Assembly (NCBI GenBank): GCA_976551045.1
Contig: CDPCPM010000285.1
Coordinates: 558,001 to 622,000 of the forward strand
Reading direction: 5' to 3'
Length of the DNA stretch: 64,000 bases
Source: Glaucostegus cemiculus
Lineage: Eukaryota
This document shows, in pieces, positions 1-9,305 of the stretch (position 1 is the first letter of the stretch; each line of letters begins with the position of its first letter). A program made the position numbers and the translations under genes. Under the pieces are notes generated by a model that was given only the letters and a program-made list of their open reading frames with translations, had not been told where the DNA came from and did not search any database.

Positions 1-122
1 AGAGGCTTGAACCTGGAGTGTGAGCATTTAGGAGGCTTATTCCCTCATCCCGAGGAACACATTACGAGGAGGTTGAGGGTATCCCGAGGGGAGAACAGCA
101 AGGAGGTCCTGCTCTGGTTAAA

Positions 123-311
123 ATGGTCCTATTTACACTCTGCGCCACTTTCTTATGCACTTTCGTGTTGCCGCTGTCGCTGTTTCTCGCTGCGGTAAAA
201 CTGTGGGAAATTTACTGCATTAGTGGAAGGGACCGGAGCTGTGAAAGCCCCTTACCTCCGGGGTCAATGGGGCTGCCCTTCCTGGGAGAGACTCTCCAGC
301 TGGTCCTGCAG
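123..311 (+). CDS. CYP26A1: CYP26A1 exon 1 (N-terminal membrane anchor and proline-rich PPGSMGLP hinge)
   Basis: ATG in good Kozak context (AAAATGG); MVLFTLCATFLCTFVLPLSLFLAAVKLWEIY...LPPGSMGLPFLGETLQLVLQ is the typical CYP26A1 N-terminus; ends at CAG|GTGAGA donor; 189 nt, phase 0. Confidence 0.96.
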
Positions 312-829
312 GTGAGAGGTTCCGCTTGCTTCGAGATAAACCACTACTTCAGCCTAGCGTCCACATCAGATTCAGGACGTCAAGAGAACGCCAGAGCAAA
401 ATGCCAAATTCGGCAATTAGACTAGAAAATAATTCTGTAAACCTTTTGAGATAATGAGAACAAGTTGCGAACTTGCAGTGAAAGGCGATAGGCGCTGCTG
501 AGTTCAGCCAGCGACGTACAGTAACTTTAAGGGAATTGCATTCCAATGTGTCGTCATTAATAAAAGGAATTTACAGCAAGCGTCGCTGTGTTAAAACAAA
601 ACAGTTTGGCTGGTTTGAGCGGCTGCCATACTGATTTATTTCGCAAAGTGCGCCAGGTTAGTCTTGCTCTTATTTTGATTTTGTCTCCAGTATCAAACGA
701 TGAGACATGTTTATAGTTATTGTTTCCCCGCTGGTTTTACAACAATTAAGCAACAACCTCAAAAGTAACCCCGGAAAATGTGTTCTGTGCATTAACTGCG
801 ACTAACCAACACGGTGTATCCATTTACAG

Positions 830-1054
830 AGATACAAGTTCCTGAAGATGAAAGTGCGAAAGTACGGCCACATCTACAAGACCCATCTTTTCGGGAGCCC
901 CACTGTGCGGATCATGGGAGCCGAGAATGTGAAGCAGATTCTGTTAGGGGAGCATAAACTTGTGTCGGTGCAATGGCCCGCCTCGGTGAGGACGATCCTG
1001 GGAGCCGGCTGCCTGTCCAGCCTCCACGATACCAAACACAAACTGAGGAAGAGA
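830..1054 (+). CDS. CYP26A1: CYP26A1 exon 2
   Basis: TTTACAG| acceptor; RYKFLKMKVRKYGHIYKTHLFGSPTVRIMGAENVKQILLGEHKLVSVQWPASVRTILG...; AGA|GTAAGT donor; 225 nt. Confidence 0.96.
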
Positions 1055-1290
1055 GTAAGTGCATCTTTCCACATCTGATCCCGTCACTGAGCCGTTTTAT
1101 GAAGGTTTTGCACCATGCACACAGGTACAAGTATAGTGGAATCAGAAGTATTGAATTAATAGCAGCTGTTGATATTTAAAATATGTATAAACATGCATAA
1201 TAAAAATACATCACTGGCGACGTAGAAAAGGGGGAAATGAGGCAGGTAGTTTGCTAATTTGCTGAGATTTTTTTTTTCTAATGATAATAG

Positions 1291-1575
1291 GTGATTTTGA
1301 AAGCTTTCTCTCGAGAGGCTCTGGAAAACTACATCCCGGTGATGGGGGAGGAGATCCGCGCCGGCCTGCGGCGATGGCTGGAGAGCGGCTCCTGTGTACT
1401 GGTTTACCCCGAGATGAAGCGCCTCATGTTCGGGATCGCCATGCGGATCTTGCTGGGATTCGAACCCACCCAGACCAACCCGCGCACGCAACAGCAGCTG
1501 ATCGAAGCCTTTGAGGAAATGATTCGCAATCTCTTCTCGCTGCCCATCGACGTTCCGTTCAGCGGCTTGTACCGG
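1291..1575 (+). CDS. CYP26A1: CYP26A1 exon 3
   Basis: T-tract then ATAATAG| acceptor; VILKAFSREALENYIPV...EAFEEMIRNLFSLPIDVPFSGLYR; CGG|GTAAGA donor; 285 nt. Confidence 0.96.
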
Positions 1576-1716
1576 GTAAGATCCGCAACGGGTAAACATA
1601 GAGAAAATAGTGTAAAAAGCTGTAGGATTTTTATTTGCTTCAACGGGAACTAGGGAGAACGGATAACTGGACCTTTAAATGCCGCCGTGACTCTGATTGT
1701 CATTATCTGATGATAG

Positions 1717-1866
1717 GGATTGAAGGCCCGGAATGTGATCCATGCAAAAATCGAAGAGAACATCAGGAAAAAGGTGGCGAAGCGAGAGGCTGCGGGCCAG
1801 TTTAAGGATGCGCTGCAGCTTCTGATCGAGCACTCGGAGCGGAGCAGCCAGCCCCTGAGGTTACAG
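1717..1866 (+). CDS. CYP26A1: CYP26A1 exon 4
   Basis: TGATAG| acceptor; GLKARNVIHAKIEENI...KDALQLLIEHSERSSQPLRLQ; CAG|GTAGAG donor; 150 nt. Confidence 0.94.
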
Positions 1867-2297
1867 GTAGAGACTCAACTCTTTAAGCAGGAGCTGCCAG
1901 AACACTCTACCCGGCCCAGGTCTCAGGCCGGTGCTCTCGCTCAATGGTCACCGCTCAGCGGAGCCCTGCCCCAGCGCAGCCTTTGCATGCACCGCAGCTT
2001 CTGAGGTCGCAGCTCAGCGCACCTGGGTCACCCCCAATCCTTGTCTCTCGCTGCCCCACGGCGACCAGATCGGTGCCCCAGGCCCGGACACAGTGACTCT
2101 AGTCCCAGATCTGCCCGCCCCAGCAAACTAGACCCCTCCCCCCCCCGCCAAACCCCATCAGAACGTTCCCCCCCCCAGGAGCAGTTACTGTCCCCGCGAG
2201 GATGCTTTTCCTGCAGCGGATCAACCCACAGAAACCTGACCCACTCCCCATCAAACGGCAACGCCCCCGGCCGCACATGCATATTAAATACAGGGGA

Positions 2298-2404
2298 AAA
2301 TGCAGATGCTGGAAAATCTGAAATAACTAAAAATGCTGACGCTTAACTGTTTCCCTTCCTATAGATGCTGCCCGAGTTGCTTAGTGTTCCCAGCATTTTA
2401 TTGC
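2298..2404. mobile_element. Short Penelope-terminus-derived remnant in CYP26A1 intron 4 (two pieces in opposite orientation)
   Basis: TGCAGATGCTGGAAAATCTGAAATAA...AAATGCTG followed by TAGATGCTGCCCGAGTTGCTTAGTGTTCCCAGCATTTT; same motifs as the terminal repeat at 20780-20870. Confidence 0.55.
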
Positions 2405-2840
2405 ACCAGGACAATACCTCTCTCTCAGATCCACCTGCCAGAGCGATAGCGCGACCCACACGCTTCTAAACTAGAACCCTCTGGTCCTGTAATCCAATAC
2501 ACAATGATATAATTAACGCTACATCTTAAAACATGCACTCCTACACAAATAAAACCAGGTTAAACGTTCTCGTTTCTTGAAATAGTCACTGCCAAGCGAA
2601 GAATCTGTGTTTGCTCGCTCCGCTGGCAGTGTCCAGATTCCACCAGCACGGACTGCGGAATGCACCCCGGCTGTAACTGGCCGGTCCATTTCGTGTAACG
2701 TTTACAACTGTTCACTCACGCTCATGCAGTGTAATTCCCTCGAGTCGCGATGGTGTGGTGCAGGGCTGGTCGTCGTGCTAATGCCTGGTGTGCTTCTCCC
2801 CACCCCCTCCCTCCCTGCCTCCCTGCTGCTTCATGTGAAG

Positions 2841-2975
2841 GAGTTGAAGGAATCGGCCACCGAGCTGCTGTTCGGAGGACACGAGACGACGGCCAGCACC
2901 GCCACCTCGCTGGTTACCTTCCTGGCGCTGCACCCCGAGGTGGTGCAAAAAGTCAGACAGGAATTGCAGGAGCAG
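2841..2975 (+). CDS. CYP26A1: CYP26A1 exon 5 (I-helix)
   Basis: Pyrimidine tract then GTGAAG| acceptor; ELKESATELLFGGHETTASTATSL (P450 I-helix GxETT motif); CAG|GTAAGG donor; 135 nt. Confidence 0.95.
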
Positions 2976-3141
2976 GTAAGGCACCACATGCGGCGGCGCC
3001 CGGCCACCCGAGCCTCCCGCTGCGGGCGCCCGGACCGCAGGATCCCACCTCACTCGCTTCACATTGAATGGCATTCAAACTCCAGTCCCGGATTTTGTTG
3101 GTTTTTTTGCTTTTAAATGTGGCCTCTCAATGGATTTGCAG

Positions 3142-3297
3142 GGATTACTGAGCAGCGACGTTAGAGAGAACAAACAAATCACCATTGAAGCCCTCGAACA
3201 ACTTAAGTATACCGGAAGCGTCATCAAAGAAACTCTTCGACTGAGTCCCCCGGTCCCCGGAGGGTTCCGCGTGGCCCTAAAGACCTTCGTGTTAAAC
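3142..3297 (+). CDS. CYP26A1: CYP26A1 exon 6 (K-helix ExxR)
   Basis: TTTGCAG| acceptor; GLLSSD...LEQLKYTGSVIKETLRLSPPVPGGFRVALKTFVLN; AAC|GTAAGC donor; 156 nt. Confidence 0.95.
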
Positions 3298-4450
3298 GTA
3301 AGCTGATATTACAGACTCCCAAAATTAAATCTTGTGCAAAATAACGTGTGGACCTTTTGAAACAACGCACCTAAAGGAATTTTACAGGGACATTCAGAAA
3401 ACAAAGTTTCAAAACAGCCGATATTGTTTTTAAAAATCCAGACTTTATAATGTTTAAGTAGTTACCAAGTATCCATAACATATTCAACCGGTTTCAAGCA
3501 AATTAAAATCCGTATCACTTTACATATAAATAAGAGAATAAAGAATGAGGGGGAAGTTGCATGAAGTGAAAGATAGCCATATTATATTTCAATTGCAGTG
3601 GAGACAGGAGGGGGGTGGATGACCTATTCCTGTTCTTTATATCCATAGGCAACAATCATGTATTCTTGCAATTAAGCAAGGTTACAAAAGCTTTTTTTTA
3701 TCCCCATCACAATCTCAGATAACAGGAGAAATACAATGAACAGAAAAATGTTGACAATAGCTGATCAGGTAGGGATGTAGAAACAAAAACAAAGTCATGG
3801 AGCAGGAGGATCTCCACCAGAACAGTGGGGGAAAAAAATCAAATAGGAAAGTGTGTGTTTCTGAAATTGTGGAGCTTCAGGTAGATTTACAAAGATTCAC
3901 AGTACACTCCCAGAATTTTGATTCCAGACTTTTGTCTGAAAAATGAAAATGTAGTTTAGATAGTGGAAGTGGCACTAACTGACCAGGAGGAATCACTGGC
4001 GAGCACCAGTCCTCTTGAGCTTTCAAGACTGCGATCAGGGAAGGGATGATGTCTGCAAATAGTTAAAGTGTACATGGATTAAAATAAAAAAAAGTAGGAA
4101 TTAGATAATTGTAAACAGATTGATTGTTAACTGTTGCTGCTTGAAATCAAGTATACCTTAAGAGAGCAATAACATAGGATAATTTACAATGAATTTCACA
4201 CAAATACTTTGGAGCTCACAGCCTTCTAATTTTGGTTGTTTGTGGCTCCAGTGACAAAGCTGAGCTACTCAGAATGCTTGGACAAATGTTGTCAACTTTC
4301 AGAGATTGCACTGCAATAATATTTAGTTTCAATTTTGTGAATCATTAAGATGCAACAACCCTGTTAAATCACCAGATGGAATTCACACTGCTCAGAAGTT
4401 CTATATTGCAGAAGCTATATTACTTTAAAATACCTTCAATTTTTTTCCAG

Positions 4451-4795
4451 GGATACCAGATACCAAAAGGCTGGAACGTTATTTATAGCATCTGTGACAC
4501 TCATGACGTTGCAACTAATTTCTCAAAAAAGGATGAATTTAATCCCGATCGCTTCATGGAGGGTTGCCTGGAAAAGGATGCGTGCAGATTCAGCTACATT
4601 CCATTTGGTGGAGGCTCAAGGGGTTGTGTCGGTAAAGAGTTTGCCAAGATCCTCCTCAAAATCTTCACAGTGGAGCTTGTCAGGGCTTGTGACTGGCAAC
4701 TTTTAAATGGACCTCCTACAATGAAAACCAATCCCACCGTATACCCAGTGGACAATCTGCCAACAAAATTTACACCATTCCCATACAAAATCTGA
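4451..4795 (+). CDS. CYP26A1: CYP26A1 exon 7 (PxRF and heme-binding FxxGxRxCxG; stop)
   Basis: TTTTTTCCAG| acceptor; GYQIPKGWNVIYSICDTH...FNPDRF...PFGGGSRGCVGKEFAK...YPVDNLPTKF; TGA stop. Spliced CDS is 1485 nt = 494 aa. Seven coding exons and adjacency to MYOF favour A1 over B1/C1. Confidence 0.96.
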   Translation, partial: GYQIPKGWNVIYSICDTHDVATNFSKKDEFNPDRFMEGCLEKDACRFSYIPFGGGSRGCVGKEFAKILLKIFTVELVRACDWQLLNGPPTMKTNPTVYPVDNLPTKFTPFPYKI

Positions 4796-5319
4796 CCTAT
4801 TAACAACAAACCAGAACTCTGCAAATACATGGTCTCATCATTAACAGACCCAGGTGTAGTGTTCCATCCATCATACCAATATGTGAGGGGAGTAATAAAC
4901 TTCAGCCTGTCATTTGGTGGGTTCATGGAACTGGCAGAAGCTTTAAATCTAATTTTCTAATTTCTAAAGTGTAGTTGTCTGTTTTGAATGTCAAAATATT
5001 TCCTCCACAATTTTCTTTTCCTCCAGATATTTCCTCCACAATGTCCTGTTTGTCACGATGATAAAATCAAACTGTTTATTAATTCTGTAAATGAGCTATT
5101 TTGTACTACTGGCAAGCTTCCCAGCCCACTACAGTTAGATTCTGAATTATTTAAATGCTTTGCATCTTTGTTATGTGACTGCTAATTTATGTTAAAGCCT
5201 TGGTGTGTAAATATTTTAACTTAACCTGCCTGGCATGCATCGCAGAACATGTCACGCACTGAACCATGTATCAGGAGGGAGGCCCATAAAGAGGAATTTT
5301 TAACAAACCTATATGTAAT

Positions 5320-5325
5320 AATAAA
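5320..5325 (+). terminator. Candidate CYP26A1 polyadenylation signal AATAAA (alternative proximal AATAAA at 4894-4899)
   Basis: AATAAA about 525 nt after the stop codon; actual usage cannot be seen from DNA. Confidence 0.4.
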
Positions 5326-5568
5326 AAAAAGACATGAACCAGAGAGCTGATGAAATGATTTATAAGCAACCAACATTGAGTACAGAAGGTATGTGTTGAT
5401 AACACTTTAGTATGCATTTGGTCCAAATTCAAACACAGCACTTGAACAAATTCGCTGAGTACAATATTACTACACTTTATATAATCAATGGAATGTCAAC
5501 CACTAGTTTCTTCCATTCCTGCAGGACACATGCACACCAAGTGAAAGCATTGCACTTTTGAATTAAGT

Positions 5569-5574
5569 TTTATT
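5569..5574 (-). terminator. Candidate MYOF polyadenylation signal AATAAA
   Basis: TTTATT on + strand, about 430 nt downstream of the MYOF stop, in an AT-rich UTR-like stretch. Confidence 0.55.
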
Positions 5575-5845
5575 TTTTATAAAATGATATTCTATAAAAG
5601 TCCCATAAATTTGCATATTTTAGTCTATACTATAACAAATTAGCAAACCAGCCACCTTCAATAGCCATTGTTTTATAACACTTTAGCTTAGCTCATCATT
5701 TCAAAGATCAACCCCGGTATTTCATAACTAGGAGAGGCACCTGCTAAACAAACAGTCAGTTGCAGAAAAGCTGGGATTAAACCAGCAGGATCCTGGCCAT
5801 CAGGGTCAGCAATTAACATGGAATCACTGATAAATGGCCCAGTCA

Positions 5846-5859
5846 TGACCCCGTGAACC
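5846..5859 (-). promoter_or_regulatory. Consensus DR2 nuclear-receptor element (GGTTCA-CG-GGGTCA)
   Basis: + strand TGACCC CG TGAACC fits RGKTCA-N2-RGKTCA; function unproven. Confidence 0.35.
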
Positions 5860-6006
5860 TTGGCTAACCTTGGTAAATGTAGATCTTGTCGCCTTCCTAA
5901 CCTCAGTTCATTTCTATCCTTTAGGCCACGAGGTTGTAGACATGAAATGAATGCTCCTGGACCAGCTATTCAACAGAATTTCTGCTGTAGGAGGGACAGC
6001 CAATCC

Positions 6007-6042
6007 TTAGATGGGATTCACAATTCGCATGGATAGATAGTT
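6007..6042 (-). CDS. MYOF: MYOF terminal coding exon (NYLSMRIVNPI*)
   Basis: Minus strand TTGTTTTGTCTCCCACAG|AAC TAT CTA TCC ATG CGA ATT GTG AAT CCC ATC TAA; matches the myoferlin C-terminus NYLSMKIVKPNV. Confidence 0.93.
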   Translation of the reverse strand, partial: NYLSMRIVNPI

Positions 6043-9000
6043 CTGTGGGAGACAAAACAAGGAGTTTAAAAATTGGATTTCATAGGAACACTATCTAAAT
6101 TTAAACTTAATCATCTCCACTTACTATTTCTCAAAGTAGTAACACACAATTTCCAGCATATCTGCAGGTCATCAGTTAATCTGACAGGTTTAAATAAGAA
6201 TCACATCTAAGCTCAAATCACAAATTATGCTTTTGAACAAGATCAGCTGTAGATTGTTATCCAACACGCGCTCAGTGGAACATTTTTTCAAAAAGCAATG
6301 ATTAACAGAAATTAAAGGAGATAGACATGCCTTTACTTGCATTAAAGGAATATTAGGTTCTGGATTCAATTTCACCTTCCTGCATTGTTGTGGTGACCAA
6401 CAGCAAGCAACTCCTGTACCACATAACTCTGCAGACCAACCTGCACAATGACTTAATCTGCAGTACATGTATCATATTAAACATGCATTTACACTCAACT
6501 AATTTTTCTCAGCACCACCCATGCATGGCTATTTCTGCAGCAGCAGAAGTAGGACAGCGACCATCTGCATCTGATTAATTGCTGTGCTTTGTACACACTC
6601 CAGGATCACATTTGAGTTTCATTTCTGCTTAAATATGATTCTTCATGCACAGGTTTCATCTAACACGTCAGATACTGTGTGCAAAAGGTAAATATAACTA
6701 CATCTCATCAGGGTACTTATTACCTCTCCATGCTGCATTTGCCACCACACCAACCTCAGCATTTACTTCCCAGTTTCTTCACACACAGTTTTCACTTACT
6801 CCATTATTCCCTTCATATATCCTTGTTCATCTGCCTTTCCCTAGCAACTGCACCTGTTCACTTGATTCCTTCTCACCAATGCTCAGGACTCTAATCACTA
6901 TTTCTAGACAGGTTTACCCAAATATACTTGAATCTAGTATTCATTGTTCTTTAGTCTCATTAGCCTTTCTACACATTTTGAAATTGTGGTCATTCCATTG
7001 TCCAGTGCAATAGGATTTCTTGCTTGGCTGTACTGCTAACCCCGGCAATTGTAGCTCAATCTCTACAAGTTACTTTTCTTCCCACTCTCTTCACTCTAAG
7101 ACATTTTCAAGTTCCTCCTCTCCTGTGCCAACATCATTTCAAGGCAAACATGTACACAGTGCTGGTACCCAAGGCCAATCACAACTGTGAACACTATCAC
7201 GGTATTGTCTGGCCACTTGTCCATCCTTCATTTTCTGGTAGTTTTATCAGTTTCTTTTAGTAAAAGAAAATGATGAAAGCCGTTGTCCTGGACTCCACAA
7301 TAAATTGCTTAGGTTTACTAACATTGTCATCCTCCCAGCCCAGTCAGGTTATGGATGTTACCCACAACCACTATTTTTCAACCTCTGATGTTCATTGCAA
7401 AGACCATCTCCATCCTGCATTACATCCCTGCCTTTTGATCAATCCATGTGTTTCCCAAACCTTCACTCTTACTTTAACTTTCAATCCAGTCACTTCCTGG
7501 TTGGCTTCATATCGATCTTCAGCAGTTTTGAATAAATGACCTTCCCATCCCAAACCAGCTTCCACTTGCCTTTCGTTTCTGTGTCCACCGACCCACTCGA
7601 CTCTTGATCAGCCGACACCTCAAAATTAAAATTCTTAACAAATCCCAAAACCTTAATTTCAGGAAAAATTTGCATGGCAAAATTCTTTCTCACCACCAGT
7701 AACAGCTATTTCTTTCCTCCTCCTGTCACATTGCATCACAAATATTAACTGGTTTTATGAAGTTAAGGGAGTGCAGGAAAAGGCATTGATAAAGAAAGTA
7801 GCATTAATGCTACAGCCTATTGCAATACATCAAATAAAACCAAAATGATTAATATCTGACCCCCCATCCCTCCTCCCTGGAGAGGGAATCTCAAACTGAT
7901 TCTATAAATTCCAGAAAATGAATTCTGCACTGCATTCTTTTTCATCTGCTTTGAAGAGCAGCAATATTTGGCTGCACAGAGCTCTATCTAGTGGGCATTC
8001 TGAGAACTAGACTTATTTTCCAACAAACCACACAAGTTTGAATGCGATTCATTCAAACTGCATTCTTCCTTTAGAACTGGGTCAAAATGCTTTTTACTTC
8101 AAATAACGACCTGTATTGGAACTGAAAAAAAAAATCAGCAATTAGAGAAAGGTGGGTGGGGTCAAGAAAACTAAACACGACTGGGTAGAGGGAAGGAGAG
8201 AGTGAACTGTGAAGAGATGTGGTTTACAGCACAAGAGGTTGGGAAGGGAATGAGTGAAGAAACAAAAGCCAATGTGCAGGTGGTGGTAATGGGAACTGGA
8301 GGATCATCAACTATAATCACCACATGGAAACACATGATCACTACAAATCCAAAATTGCTTTTCTCCCACAGATTGTCCCCGATCCATTCTGCATTTACAG
8401 CATTTTCTATTTTTTAATAACTAAATTGATGCATTCAGCAATCTAATTTGGATTTGAATTTGCCAGTTTGGAGATCAAATTATAAATCAGCAATTGCCGT
8501 ATAACTTGGTAAATTGAGACATCCCATTTTATGCCTTATGGCTGCAACAGTGATATTATGCAGTTCCCATGGCAAGCCAGGGGAATTATTCTCCTCTCAT
8601 GTTGCCAGTTTTATTCTGATACACAGACATCATTGCTGCTTTGGCAATCTAAAAAAAATTAACCTTTCTGTAGCACATTCAAGATGAAGTGGGTGAGGGG
8701 AGCAAGGAAGTAAAACAAAAGGTGACTACCCTGAATGAGGATGAGAAGTGTTATCTTTGGGAAGTTGCTCAAATGTTACAGCTGCTTCCTCAGAAATAGG
8801 TTCTTTTTCACCAAATCATGCTTCTTTTATTTCCTAATATCCAAATGTTTCTCCAATGTATCAATCTCCCTTGGTTGTCGGTCAAACACAATTCCTGATT
8901 CTTAGCAGTCTGAATAGATGAATTGGCCCACACCAATTCAACAAGATGGACCTAGAGATCACACTATTTATAAATGATATCCATATGATTGGTGTCCTGA

Positions 9001-9180
9001 TCAGCCCTTTACAGGGCAAGGGATTTGACCAAATCAAGCAGGTTTCCTCAGGAGTTATTGCTAACCATATGGCTTGAAAAAGGACATCTAAATTGATGGT
9101 TCCCACTTTGTTTGTAATTTTCAGTGTACACCAATTATATTCTTTCTTCCTCTCAAGTGTTGATATCCAAGTCTTTAGGA

Positions 9181-9305
9181 TCATAGAGTACTAAAGCACA
9201 GAAACAGGCCTTTTGGCCCATCTAGTCTGTGTTGACCTGATCTTCTGCCCAGTCCCATCTACCTGCACCTGGACCATATCCCTCCAAACCCTTCTCCATT
9301 CCATG
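9181..9305 (-). mobile_element. CR1-type LINE/SINE 3' tail fragment
   Basis: CATAGAGTACTAAAGCACAGAAACAGGCCTTTTGGCCCA..., the same tail as copies at 18591, 24600, 31766 and 33306. Confidence 0.7.

Larger units (their letters stand above)
150..3300. other. CpG-rich, GC-rich gene body (CpG-island-like) over CYP26A1
   Basis: CpG dinucleotides are visibly frequent in exons and in introns 1, 4 and 5, whereas the rest of the window is CpG-depleted and AT-rich. Judged by eye, not computed. Confidence 0.6.

Noticed and set aside
8-24. Proximal CYP26A1 promoter DR5 RARE
   Set aside because: Only one half-site (TGAACC, 8-13) with no partner at 5-nt spacing; the promoter probably lies upstream of the window.
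1156-1599. 147-aa antisense ORF over CYP26A1 exon 3 (and other overlapping ORFs in 850-3120)
   Set aside because: Shadow ORFs of GC-rich coding sequence, with no recognisable protein.
7490-7696. ORF containing NFAMQIFP as the MYOF last exon
   Set aside because: No polypyrimidine acceptor, lies in decayed LINE-like sequence, and a far better terminal exon exists at 6007-6042.
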